Of a DNA stretch of 64,000 bases, positions 1 through 9,665 are shown piece by piece. Source of the stretch: an uncultured Candidatus Saccharibacteria bacterium (GTDB taxonomy: Bacteria; Patescibacteriota; UBA1384; CAILIB01); the NCBI GenBank assembly GCA_964593885.1, contig CAZQKK010000001.1, positions 297,929 to 361,928 of the forward strand, read 5' to 3'. Numbering within the stretch: the stretch's first letter is position 1; each line of letters opens with the position of its first letter. Under the pieces are notes generated by a model, which was not told the origin of the DNA, searched no databases, and saw nothing but the letters and a program-made list of their open reading frames with translations. Made by a program: the position numbers and the translations under genes.

Positions 1-3000
1 ATTTCACCTGGGATGCCGATCCTTCGCTCAAGCAACGGGTCTCAATGCTTGAGAATACCCTCAATAAGCAGCTCAACGATCACAGTTTTGACCTGGCTGA
101 TATCCTTAGCCAGAACCTCCCTGCCAACCAGCTTGATACCATCCTCCTCAACAGGCTGAACCTCCTCACCGTAAGACCGGTAACCAAGAAGAGTAGTGCC
201 AACATCACCAAGTTTGAGCAGCAGTACAACGATCCAGCCTACAATGGCTGGCTCTTCCTCATCCAAGACTTGAGGCAGCGCCTCGATTGTAAGCTCACTA
301 ATGGTTACTACAGGGTTAAAGACGATAAGAAAGGAATGGAGTGCGCCCCTCGCCCTGGAGCTATTGAGGTACCTGAGGACGCGAAGTACGAAATCCAGGA
401 AGCAAAGCGCATCCTGGATAAGCTCTTTAAGCAACCTTGGGCACTGGTACAGAGCATCGTGAAGAGCCTCGAAACACGCACGTACAACGATCCAAGTGGT
501 TTTGTGAACCAGAGCGCTATGTCAGCCTCCATTGCCCTCTCCAGCGTGAAGTTTGCGGTTGATGAGAACCTGAGGTTCAAGCCTGAGACCATCTACAGCA
601 CCGATCTCGTACGTAGTCTCGTTGCTCCAAACGGGAAGGGGGTAGTACCACACAGCGCCTCAGTTGAAGCTTTCTTCAAACCTGACAGTAGCGGCAAGAG
701 CCTCTTGATGCGCTCAGGTATTGAGTACGCAGCCAAGAAGTTCAGTAACGACGCCCTTGGACAAGCAACCTTTGCGGCTCAGCTCAAGACAGACTTCGCC
801 GAAGTGGTAAGGATTAAAGATGATGTCGTAGACCTCTTTGATCTCGCTGAGAAAGACGCTGATGAGTACGGCTTTGACTATGAGAGCCTCGTAGAGAAGG
901 GGCTAGCCAACGATGACTTCATCAGGATCTTCCTCTTAGACCAGGCAAATGGGGTATTTGAACGTGTTGGTAAAGAGCAAGCACTCAGGGTTATTTGGCG
1001 AAAGAGCGGTGCAGCCGCCAAGATAAAGTCTTCTGAGCAGTACCAGAGCATCCTCAGGATTGCTCGTGAGAGCGTTAAGCAGCTTGAGTTCTATAAGAGT
1101 AGGCTCGATAGAATAAAAAGTCTCTCAGATGACCTGAGTGATAGAGTTGAGAGCCTCGGTGGTGACTTGTCACTCTTTGGTAGGCAGCTCAAGAAGGTGA
1201 ATGCATCAACGGATGTTGCCAACCTAGACAGCATCGAGCAGGTGCGGAAGCTCTCCAAGCGGTACGAGCCTACCCTCACCGCGATGACCAAGACGTTGAA
1301 GAGTGCGAACAGCAACGTACGTGATATCGCCCAGATTACCTACGAGATTCTCCACCTCACCCAGGAAATTGTTGCCGGAAGAGCGTTGCCACGTGATGAG
1401 AAGTTTGACACCAGCTACGTTTCGCTCAACCGCGCTCTGGAAGCAGGGGATCCTAGTAGGGCTAAAGACGGTTGCTTTGATAAAGCCACCTTACTCAGGT
1501 CACTCACAGGTTCAGGTGACCTTGGTCAGCGAATGTTTGACTTTGCAGTTGAGACCGGAACCTGCAGACTTGAGACGGGCCTTGGGCTTCCCAAGCAGTC
1601 AATCTTCCTCTGGTACAAGCTTGGCAGCCAAGAGTTTCCACCTACCAGGACTACAACGGTAACCTACCCTGAGGTAGTAGACGTAGAGACCGGCCTCCCA
1701 CTCACCGAGGCAACCTTCACCGTTGAAGAAACCTCCATCATGCCTCCGGCTGATACCAACCTGTTTGAGAAGCAACCTGACGGCAAGCTCAAGCCACTGG
1801 TTCCCACCTGGAACAAGAATCGTTGGTCAGCGGATAACCTGAAGCTTGCGGTGGGTATTGCCGATCAGATCCAGCGTAACCGTGACACCATCGATCCGGC
1901 TCAAGTTAGCCAATGGGCAGGACAACAAACGGCAGCCACTATTAACGACCTCATTAAAAAGGGGGAGCGGGTTCTTGCCGCCACGGCACTCTCAAAACTT
2001 GCCCAGATGATTCCGGGAGTTGGTAAGTTCCTCAAGCAGTACCAGATCACTGATAAGGAGTTGGTAGCCATCTTCCAGGGTAACTTCCAACCCCTCATTG
2101 CCAAGGTAGGTGGTGGATTCATTGACCAGGCCTTCAATCTACCTGCTGGAAGTGGAGCAGATCTCATCTACCCAGAGTGTAGCACCAACGATGGGAGGCG
2201 AGCCCCCTGTAACAAAGACCCAAACAATCCTCAGACAGATCCGGATAACGTAAGAATTAGGATTATTGCCGAAATTGGTCTCCAGAAGCTTGGTCTCACC
2301 ATGCCAAAGATTCCTCGCTACTTCAGCTTTAAATCTGGAGGTAACCTTGCTGAAAACTGGGGGAATGCCGCGGTGAGCGAGTACCTGAGAATCTCTCCAA
2401 ATAGCTTTAGGGGCAAGATGGTTGGAAGTAGCTACCAAGACACTCCTCTCGTTGATGAGTGTGAACAGCACGGCATACGGTGCATGAACACCTCAGGAAA
2501 CCTTGCCCGTGCATTTGGTTTTTCTTCTACCCCAACTGCCCGCAGCTTGGAGCGAATTAGGAGCGAGATTATGTACCAGTCTGATAAGCTCCTGACCACT
2601 GATGGCTACAGTATTGCGGATAATGCTTCGTTCTACCTCCAGAAAGCCTTGGAAGACTACTATGCCGCCGCAACCTTAGGTAGAGCTAGCAACGTTGAAG
2701 ATATCACCAACAAGAGGGGTTACTGGACCGATCTCAGTGCGCCGAGTGCCGCTGACAACGCGAGGCTTCTAGCAAATGCAGACGCCGACCCACAGGGTCC
2801 TTACCAAGCTGCCCTTGAAACAATCTGGGATTCGTTTGATGGTGGTATTTTCACCGCAGAGGTAAAATCTGCAATCCGGGCAATCATCCTCAGAAATCTT
2901 CCTGACAACATTGGCCCAGGGAGGGATGCTATCAATACCCTTCTCACCCCAGAGTACATTGATGGACTAGCTAGCGTTGAAGATTTCCCACTCTCTCTCA

Positions 3001-5792
3001 CTACACCAGGTGTTGCCCACCAAGATCTCTACCTCAGCTACATTAGGATCTTCCAAAAACGGCTCACCCAACTGAATACCACCTACTCGCTTAGTGATGA
3101 CCTCTTCCAGAAGTTCCTCCAGGGAACCATTGATGCCTCAGAAATTAGCAAGAAGGTAGGTATCTCACAGACTGCAGGAGCAATTCTCGGGGAGTACCTC
3201 GACAAGTGGATTGATGAAAATGCACCTTCCTGGCTGAAACAGCTCAACGATGCCTTCAAGTACGTAACTGCTGAGCAGTGTGGTGGTAAGCAGATTGGCC
3301 TCGGGACGTTCCTTACCCAGACAATCTCGGGTTCTGACGGCTGCTTTAAAGAGGTTGGTCTCTTCAGCATGAAAGATCTCATTTACGGTACTTCGGACAA
3401 CATGAAGAAGCTGCGTCGGATGCTCTTTGAGGAGTTCCTGGGCGGTATTTTCAGTAGGGAGCTTGAGCAGAAGATTGGCTTCAGACCTGGGGCATTCCTC
3501 AGAATTGTTGACGACCCAAAGCATGCGCGCCAGATTCTCGCTACAGAGGGCGTGCTGATGGTGGCAGATAAGATATTTGGAGCCCAGAACAAGAGCAACG
3601 CATGCCAGGCAAAAACCATACCTGATGCAAACTGTAGCCAAGCGACACTTGTGTCGATTGTGAAAGAAGCCTTCATTGCCGGGTTCTGTGAGGATTCGCG
3701 GCGAAATAAGTGCGACTTCACGTTCAGTAGCTCGCGCTCCCTCGCAAAGTTTAATGAAGAAGCAGGTAAGGCAATTGATAGGCAGTTGAGGCGAATTGGT
3801 AGGGAGTACCTTGGTGTTGAGATAACCCGTAAAGACCTCGCCATCCACCATGGGGATATGCGTGGCATTGCTATGCTTGGGATTCAGCTCATTGCAAATT
3901 CGCTCAACAACGCCCTCTACAAGGGTGACCCGCGCAGTCCGATGGCAAAGTTCTTCACCACCTACTACGACGATATCCGTATCGCCATGGGGTACGACGA
4001 GCCAGCAGGATGGGTACTCGGCATGTACCAGATCAGGGGTGGCATCGACAAAATGTATGAGGATACCTGTGGTGGCGAGAAACAAAAGACAAACCCAGCC
4101 TGTGCAGACAACTACGTTTCCTTTGATGAGTACGTTGACACCATCATGGCTGAAGGGAAGTGGACTGACAGGAATGTAGCAACACACATTGCTGAAACGC
4201 GAATGGAGGAGGCAGGAAAGACTGAGGCTCGTAACTACGCCAGTAACCGCAGGGCCCAATCGCTCCTCACCATTCAGTACGCCCTCCTGGATATTGTTGC
4301 TTTCAGTAAGGACAAGAACATTCCACCAAACTTCAGTAAGCGTCTCTTGAGTGGTACCTCCTCTGATAGGGTAAACGCCCTAGGTGAGTACCTCATGGGA
4401 AGTTTAATGAAACAGGATTCAGATCTTGGTAAGTTCCTTCGGACCGCTTGTGGGAGCCAAAACACCGGCACCCAATGCTACACACTCTTCAAGGACCTCT
4501 ACAACGCTATCAAGAGCGGCAAGGATGGCATGACTGCTTTCTTCGATAGCAAGCAGGGGAACTCCTTCATTAACCTCATTGATCGGGGAATCAACAACTG
4601 GTTCAAAGATCAATTTGGAATAGCCCTCCCTGATGACACTTTCAAGGGTATCTACGTCTGGGGTATGCGAGGATTTAAGGGAACCGACTTTAACCGAGAA
4701 GGGTTCTGTGATGGGTTCACCTTGGCTGAAATGGAAGCAGCAGGGAAGAAGTGCGTTGGCCCAATTGGAGTTCCAATTGGAAGAATCCTCCAAGACTTTG
4801 GCGAGAAGACCCTAACAGATTGGGCGGACAAGAACTTTGGCTTTAAACGGGGAACTAGTGCCAAGATCGTAAAAATTGCCGAGCTCATCATTGATAAGCA
4901 GAAGCTTGCGAAGATTGCTAAGGCTAAGGGCTGGACTGACGCCCAACTTGCTACAGCAAGGGTTAAGAATGCTGTAGCCATCGCCCAGCTCATTTCAGAG
5001 GTTGTGGTAAGCCTCTTTGAGCAAGAGTTTAATGAATTTGACAGATCTCTCGGGCTTCCTCCTGGAACCACCAGTATCATAGTTGGAGCCGCCGTTACCT
5101 ACGGAGCTGCAATTGCTATGGGGGTTAGTGGCTCTGCCGCTATGGCAGCGGCTTTCGGACCCGCCTTCTTCATTGCCCTTGGATTCAACCTCCTCTTTGG
5201 AGTTACAAAGGTGGTGGTAACCAGTAGGGCAACCGGTGATGGGTACTATCCTTTCTACTCGAGTGTTAACCGTCTCGGTACTGGCCCTGCATCAAAGTGT
5301 ATTGGTAAGTCTGCTGGAATGCTTGGTGGCTGTAAGGCAGAGGAGCCGTACCACCAGGTACTCATCCACGACCCTGCTACTGGTGAGTTTGACCCCACCT
5401 TTACCCCGGTGTACCGTGCTGGCCTCAAGCAGGTTGCGCGAGGAAAGGTAACCGGGCTCCTCAAGGATCTCTTGTTAATGCCAGGTACCGATTTCATCGA
5501 GAAGTCAGGCCTTGAGCCGCAAGAAATGCGTGTCAGTCAACTATTCACTTACGGTGGGATTGGTGCTGAGTACGATCCAACTACCAATAAGGTGGTGAGC
5601 GAACTCATGAATAGGAACCTCCCGCAAAACCAGCAGTACCCAGAATGGGGCTATGGGCAACCCGAAGATAGGTGCCAAACCATTACCCCTAGCGAGGATG
5701 GCCAAACTAACGTCTGTCACAGGAAACCAGGTTGGCTCATAGGATTCTACGGTCTCCCAACACTCACGGGGGCCATTCACATCAGGTGGTAG
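1..5792 (+). CDS. Giant hypothetical protein (>1915 aa, 5'-partial: reading frame open to window start); mostly alpha-helical, C-terminal hydrophobic/TM block (..IIVGAAVTYGAAIAMGVSGSAAMAAAFGPAFFIALGFNLLFGV..) and Cys/Gly-rich tail
   Basis: Uninterrupted 5.7-kb ORF in frame 3 with no stop back to position 3; strong RBS-spaced start of next gene 15 nt downstream; no recognisable catalytic motifs. Confidence 0.6.
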   Translation, partial: FTWDADPSLKQRVSMLENTLNKQLNDHSFDLADILSQNLPANQLDTILLNRLNLLTVRPVTKKSSANITKFEQQYNDPAYNGWLFLIQDLRQRLDCKLTNGYYRVKDDKKGMECAPRPGAIEVPEDAKYEIQEAKRILDKLFKQPWALVQSIVKSLETRTYNDPSGFVNQSAMSASIALSSVKFAVDENLRFKPETIYSTDLVRSLVAPNGKGVVPHSASVEAFFKPDSSGKSLLMRSGIEYAAKKFSNDALGQATFAAQLKTDFAEVVRIKDDVVDLFDLAEKDADEYGFDYESLVEKGLANDDFIRIFLLDQANGVFERVGKEQALRVIWRKSGAAAKIKSSEQYQSILRIARESVKQLEFYKSRLDRIKSLSDDLSDRVESLGGDLSLFGRQLKKVNASTDVANLDSIEQVRKLSKRYEPTLTAMTKTLKSANSNVRDIAQITYEILHLTQEIVAGRALPRDEKFDTSYVSLNRALEAGDPSRAKDGCFDKATLLRSLTGSGDLGQRMFDFAVETGTCRLETGLGLPKQSIFLWYKLGSQEFPPTRTTTVTYPEVVDVETGLPLTEATFTVEETSIMPPADTNLFEKQPDGKLKPLVPTWNKNRWSADNLKLAVGIADQIQRNRDTIDPAQVSQWAGQQTAATINDLIKKGERVLAATALSKLAQMIPGVGKFLKQYQITDKELVAIFQGNFQPLIAKVGGGFIDQAFNLPAGSGADLIYPECSTNDGRRAPCNKDPNNPQTDPDNVRIRIIAEIGLQKLGLTMPKIPRYFSFKSGGNLAENWGNAAVSEYLRISPNSFRGKMVGSSYQDTPLVDECEQHGIRCMNTSGNLARAFGFSSTPTARSLERIRSEIMYQSDKLLTTDGYSIADNASFYLQKALEDYYAAATLGRASNVEDITNKRGYWTDLSAPSAADNARLLANADADPQGPYQAALETIWDSFDGGIFTAEVKSAIRAIILRNLPDNIGPGRDAINTLLTPEYIDGLASVEDFPLSLTTPGVAHQDLYLSYIRIFQKRLTQLNTTYSLSDDLFQKFLQGTIDASEISKKVGISQTAGAILGEYLDKWIDENAPSWLKQLNDAFKYVTAEQCGGKQIGLGTFLTQTISGSDGCFKEVGLFSMKDLIYGTSDNMKKLRRMLFEEFLGGIFSRELEQKIGFRPGAFLRIVDDPKHARQILATEGVLMVADKIFGAQNKSNACQAKTIPDANCSQATLVSIVKEAFIAGFCEDSRRNKCDFTFSSSRSLAKFNEEAGKAIDRQLRRIGREYLGVEITRKDLAIHHGDMRGIAMLGIQLIANSLNNALYKGDPRSPMAKFFTTYYDDIRIAMGYDEPAGWVLGMYQIRGGIDKMYEDTCGGEKQKTNPACADNYVSFDEYVDTIMAEGKWTDRNVATHIAETRMEEAGKTEARNYASNRRAQSLLTIQYALLDIVAFSKDKNIPPNFSKRLLSGTSSDRVNALGEYLMGSLMKQDSDLGKFLRTACGSQNTGTQCYTLFKDLYNAIKSGKDGMTAFFDSKQGNSFINLIDRGINNWFKDQFGIALPDDTFKGIYVWGMRGFKGTDFNREGFCDGFTLAEMEAAGKKCVGPIGVPIGRILQDFGEKTLTDWADKNFGFKRGTSAKIVKIAELIIDKQKLAKIAKAKGWTDAQLATARVKNAVAIAQLISEVVVSLFEQEFNEFDRSLGLPPGTTSIIVGAAVTYGAAIAMGVSGSAAMAAAFGPAFFIALGFNLLFGVTKVVVTSRATGDGYYPFYSSVNRLGTGPASKCIGKSAGMLGGCKAEEPYHQVLIHDPATGEFDPTFTPVYRAGLKQVARGKVTGLLKDLLLMPGTDFIEKSGLEPQEMRVSQLFTYGGIGAEYDPTTNKVVSELMNRNLPQNQQYPEWGYGQPEDRCQTITPSEDGQTNVCHRKPGWLIGFYGLPTLTGAIHIRW

Positions 5793-5807
5793 TGGTACAA
5801 TAGCTCT

Positions 5808-7328
5808 ATGTCCACATCACTCGACGCAACCCTCAAGCGGATCAACCGCCAAACCGAAGAACAGGCCGCTGAACAGCTTGCTGCAAATATCGGCCTCTCG
5901 TATGCCAAACTTGACGACTACCCTTTCGGCCTTGAGGCACTGGGGATGCTGCCCCTTGAGATCATCCAAGAGAAACTCTACGCACCCTACGTGAGATCAG
6001 CCTCCAAGGTCCGCTTTGCCATCGTCCACCCTGAAAACCAGCTTGTACTAGATGAGGTTAGCCTCCTAGGCCGCGAGTGGGAGCTTGAAGTTGAGCTCAC
6101 GGTAGTTTCAGCCTCAAGTTTTGAGTACCTGATTGCCAGCTACACGAAGCTCCTCCAAGAAGAGGCACAGGCCAGGCAGGCTGAATTAGAGGCAGCCCGC
6201 CAACGTGCCGACCATGACTACTTCAACAAGATAAAGAGCCTTGATGACCTGCGGAACGAAATGAATCGTGCCAGTGTCACCGATATCATTGAGGCAATCA
6301 TTGCCGCAGCCTACAACCAGGGAGCTTCAGACATCCACCTAGAACCAGGGGAGACCAGCGTACAGGTGAGGTTTAGGATTGATGGAGTGCTCCAGAAAGT
6401 TATTGAACTCCCGTTACGTCACCACCACCAGATCATCTCTCGTATCAAGATGATGGCTTCGGTTAAGCTCGATCAGAACAGTCAGAGCCAGGACGGAAGG
6501 TTCTCCATGGCAGATAAGGGGATTGAGGCAGACTTCCGTGTTTCTATCGTCCCAACCGGGTATGGGCCTGGGGTAGTTATGCGTATCTTGAAGCAGAGCA
6601 CCGAGGCACTCCACATTGAGAAGCTAGGCTTCAGTACCCACAACTTTGAGCTCATTCAGAAGAGTATTAAGCGGCCTTACGGTCTGATTCTCGTAACCGG
6701 TCCAACAGGCTCTGGAAAATCCACAACGCTCTACTCAATTCTTGCAGCCCTTAACACCTCAGAGAAAAAGATTCTCACCCTTGAGGATCCAATTGAGTAT
6801 CGTTTAGCTGGCATCCAACAGAGCCAGGTAGACCCTGAAAAGGGGTATGGGTTTGCTGAAGGGTTGAAGGGAGCGCTCCGGCAAGACCCAGACATCGTAA
6901 TGGTAGGAGAGATTAGGGATCCAGAAACTGCCACAATCGCTCTCAATGCGTCTCTTACTGGTCACTTGGTACTTTCTACCCTCCACACCAACGACGCCGT
7001 TACTGCCCACACACGCTTCTTGGAGCTTGGGGTTGCACCTTTCCTACTCAGTGGGAGTATCCAGGCAATTATCGCCCAAAGGCTCGTTCGTAAACTTGTC
7101 CCAGGAAGCGACCCTGCAAACCCAGAGTACAAGGGGCGAATTATTATCTCAGAAGTCCTCTGCCCAAACCAGCAGTTTGAACAAGCGGTACTCCAAAAGG
7201 TAGACCAGGAAAGCTTACGTAGCCTGGCAGTTGCTGGGGGGATGGTTCCCATGGTTCAAGACGGCCTCGAGAAGGTCAAGCAGGGCCTCACCACCGAGCA
7301 AGAGGTCTACCGCGTTACGGCAGAGTAA
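5808..7328 (+). CDS. pilB: Type IV pilus / type II secretion assembly ATPase (GspE/PilB family)
   Basis: Walker A LILVTGPTGSGKSTT, Walker B/Asp box DPDIVMVGEIRD, His box LVLSTLHTNDA, T2SSE_N-like N-terminus. Confidence 0.85.
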   Translation: MSTSLDATLKRINRQTEEQAAEQLAANIGLSYAKLDDYPFGLEALGMLPLEIIQEKLYAPYVRSASKVRFAIVHPENQLVLDEVSLLGREWELEVELTVVSASSFEYLIASYTKLLQEEAQARQAELEAARQRADHDYFNKIKSLDDLRNEMNRASVTDIIEAIIAAAYNQGASDIHLEPGETSVQVRFRIDGVLQKVIELPLRHHHQIISRIKMMASVKLDQNSQSQDGRFSMADKGIEADFRVSIVPTGYGPGVVMRILKQSTEALHIEKLGFSTHNFELIQKSIKRPYGLILVTGPTGSGKSTTLYSILAALNTSEKKILTLEDPIEYRLAGIQQSQVDPEKGYGFAEGLKGALRQDPDIVMVGEIRDPETATIALNASLTGHLVLSTLHTNDAVTAHTRFLELGVAPFLLSGSIQAIIAQRLVRKLVPGSDPANPEYKGRIIISEVLCPNQQFEQAVLQKVDQESLRSLAVAGGMVPMVQDGLEKVKQGLTTEQEVYRVTAE

Positions 7329-8694
7329 GCTTCGCAAGCTCTTCTCGTACTACTACTCTGTCGTCCCACTTATCTGTTTTTCCCTGCAGAATAATACTCT
7401 GCTCTGCCCCCTTACCGGTAATGAGGACTACATCACCTTTTGTTGCGAGCGAAAGAGCTTTGCGGATACCCTCGCGCCTGTCGGGGATGGCAAAGAGGTT
7501 GGTGCCACGCACAGCTCCCGCTCTTTCAGCCGCAATGGCAATATCCTCAATAATGGGGAGGGGATCGTCGTCGTAGGAGTCTACGTTTGAAACAATGGTG
7601 TAATCTGCTTTTTCTGCGGAAAGCCTTCCCATAACTGGGCGCTTTTTTGTATCCCTACCACCACCCTCTGCGCCCAATAGGAAGATGACCTTTCCTTTTG
7701 ATCCAGCCAGCAGCCTTCCAGCTTCAAGAGCACCAGTAACACTTGCCTCTTCGTGGGCGTAATCAACGAACACAGCAAAATCTTTGGCTTCGGTAATTCG
7801 CTCCATCCTTCCAGGAATAACCGTAAGTTCTTTGAGACCCCTTGAGATTTGTTCCGGAGTGGCCTTGAGGAGCTTTGCTAGGGCAATAGCCGGCAGGGCG
7901 TTGTAGACGTTGAAGGTACCTGGAATGGTTGTCTCGTACGATTCTTCTCCCAGCATGAAAGATACCCCTGAACCTGTTGATTGCAGGTTTGATGCCTTTG
8001 TATCAGCGCTCTTTGTAATGCCAAAAGTTAGTTTTTGGTCTGCTTCAAATGAGAGGTAGTAGTCTGCGTGCTCACTATCGCTATTAGCGATAATAGTTTT
8101 AGGAAACACCTTGCCTCGGAGTTTCTTTTTGGGGGAACTCTTAAGTGTTGCGAATAGCTTTCCTTTAGCCTGTTTGTATTTTTCGAAGCTACCTCCGTGC
8201 GAGGGGAGGTGTTCAGGGGTGAGGTTTGTAAATACCGCACAATCGTAGGAGATGCCAATGTGGCGGTACTGCTTGAGGCCTTCAGAGGTGGTTTCAACAA
8301 CGCAGATTTCGCAGCCAGCTTTTCCCATCTGTTTGAGGAGATCCTGAATGGCAGACCTTCCTGGCATGGTCATGTGGTACTTATTGAGGAGCTGTTCATC
8401 ACCAATTCTGATGTTTGCAGTACTGATAATGCCTGTTTTATACCCTGAAGCAGTAAGTACCGACCAGATGTAGTTTGCTGCCGATGTTTTACCTTTAGTG
8501 CCAGTAACCCCAATAATAATCATATCTTTGGCGGGGAAACCGTACTTGAAGGCTGTGGCGTACGATCTACCTGCGTGGTAACCGAGAATCAACTGTTCTG
8601 GGAGGAGTTTGCGGAGGAGTTTTTTCATGTAGTCATGATAGCAAACTAGGGGCGCGTACCAATTATGAGTGGCAGACGCATTGTTGTGTTCCAA
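7315..8694 (-). CDS. Mur ligase family protein (MurE/MurT-like); alternative start at internal Met (8628)
   Basis: P-loop GVTGTKGKTSAA (GTNGKT-type), Mur ligase middle-domain motif TNLTPEHLPSHGGSFEKYKQAKGKLF; converges on pilB with 14-nt overlap. Confidence 0.6.
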   Translation of the reverse strand: MEHNNASATHNWYAPLVCYHDYMKKLLRKLLPEQLILGYHAGRSYATAFKYGFPAKDMIIIGVTGTKGKTSAANYIWSVLTASGYKTGIISTANIRIGDEQLLNKYHMTMPGRSAIQDLLKQMGKAGCEICVVETTSEGLKQYRHIGISYDCAVFTNLTPEHLPSHGGSFEKYKQAKGKLFATLKSSPKKKLRGKVFPKTIIANSDSEHADYYLSFEADQKLTFGITKSADTKASNLQSTGSGVSFMLGEESYETTIPGTFNVYNALPAIALAKLLKATPEQISRGLKELTVIPGRMERITEAKDFAVFVDYAHEEASVTGALEAGRLLAGSKGKVIFLLGAEGGGRDTKKRPVMGRLSAEKADYTIVSNVDSYDDDPLPIIEDIAIAAERAGAVRGTNLFAIPDRREGIRKALSLATKGDVVLITGKGAEQSIILQGKTDKWDDRVVVREELAKLTLP

Positions 8695-9410
8695 TTTACG
8701 CGATCAAAATCTTTTGAATACATAGCCGTAGAGGGTCCACCATCTAGGTTCACTACGGTAATTTGCTGTCCTTTAAATACTTGCATCTCTTTCAATACAG
8801 CCCCTAGTTGCAGTAAGGAAATGGGCGAGGTTGCAGTTCCAAAGACAAAGCTACCTGTTGATGTCTTTCCTAAGAACGTACGTTTGTAGCTACCCAATCC
8901 GTTAATAGAGTTGGATATCTCCTGATCCTCAATTACGCCATCTGTGAGAATCTGTGGTCCGGTTTGAAATGCAAAGTCGCTACCACCTGTGATGTACTCA
9001 TTAACCTTAGAAAATACTAATTTGTTTTCACTAGCACTATAAGAAACTATCCTTGTGAGTTGTTTGTCTTGTAATACCTGACTACTATTCACTCCCTCTT
9101 CTTGAAAGAATCCAGCCGGAGTTGCCTTATCGTAACTTCCCTTAAAGTACGTGCCATTTACCGAGACTAGGTAGTTTTGCAGCCTTGAACCATCTTCTAG
9201 CGATGGCCCGTCCGACCATGAGTTACTCAGTTCTAGTGGTGTCGTAAACACCGCAACCCACACACCTGCCCTGGAGTATTCATACGTAACACCCTGTATG
9301 GTTATTGGGTTGGTTTCAGTTTTTCTTTTGGTATGTACTACTACAAGAACAATGGTAATTGTAGTTAGTAGTACTGCTAGATAAATTGGGAGGCGATTGG
9401 TGTTTTTCAC
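8646..9410 (-). CDS. Hypothetical membrane-anchored (N-terminal TM) exported protein; possible phosphodiester-glycosidase (NAGPA/DUF2233)-like LDGGPS motif
   Basis: N-terminal hydrophobic helix LPIYLAVLLTTITIVLVVV; motif VVNLDGGPSTAMY; no strong family signature. Confidence 0.4.
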   Translation of the reverse strand: MKNTNRLPIYLAVLLTTITIVLVVVHTKRKTETNPITIQGVTYEYSRAGVWVAVFTTPLELSNSWSDGPSLEDGSRLQNYLVSVNGTYFKGSYDKATPAGFFQEEGVNSSQVLQDKQLTRIVSYSASENKLVFSKVNEYITGGSDFAFQTGPQILTDGVIEDQEISNSINGLGSYKRTFLGKTSTGSFVFGTATSPISLLQLGAVLKEMQVFKGQQITVVNLDGGPSTAMYSKDFDRVNWNTTMRLPLIIGTRP

Positions 9411-9452
9411 GAAACAAGTCTAGCGCTTCAAGCATAGCTTTACCACTCGGAG

Positions 9453-9470
9453 AGATAGGGATTCGTTTGT
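9453..9470 (-). repeat. 18-nt direct copy of tRNA-Ser 3' end (cggagagatagggattcg), also at 9579-9596
   Basis: Exact 18/18 match seen in sequence, 126 bp apart. Confidence 0.55.
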
Positions 9471-9540
9471 TTGAACACGCCCCGCGTGTTCACTAGCCTT
9501 CGGCAGAGAGGTACTCGAATCCCTTCTTACTTACTTCAAA

Positions 9541-9575
9541 GAAAAAAGCCCTACCTATGGTAGAACTTTTTTCTT
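9541..9575 (-). terminator. Rho-independent terminator downstream of tRNA-Ser (hairpin ctacc-tat-ggtag flanked by A-run/T-run, bidirectional)
   Basis: aaaaaagccctacctatggtagaacttttttc. Confidence 0.5.
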
Positions 9576-9665
9576 TGGCGGAGAGATAGGGATTCGAACC
9601 CTAGGTGCAGTTTCCCACACAACGCGTTTCGAGTGCGCCGCCTTCGACCACTCAGCCATCTCTCC
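9576..9665 (-). tRNA. tRNA-Ser (type II, long variable arm), anticodon CGA inferred
   Basis: Reverse complement GGAGAGATGGCTGAGTGGTCGAAGGCG...CTCGAAA...TAGGGTTCGAATCCCTATCTCTCCGCCA; 7-bp acceptor stem pairs, encoded CCA. Confidence 0.8.

Noticed and set aside
3165-4259. 364-aa and 161-aa antisense ORFs inside the giant gene
   Set aside because: They lie entirely within, and opposite to, a long well-supported ORF. They have no RBS or motifs. Their hydrophobic, low-complexity translations are typical of antisense frames.
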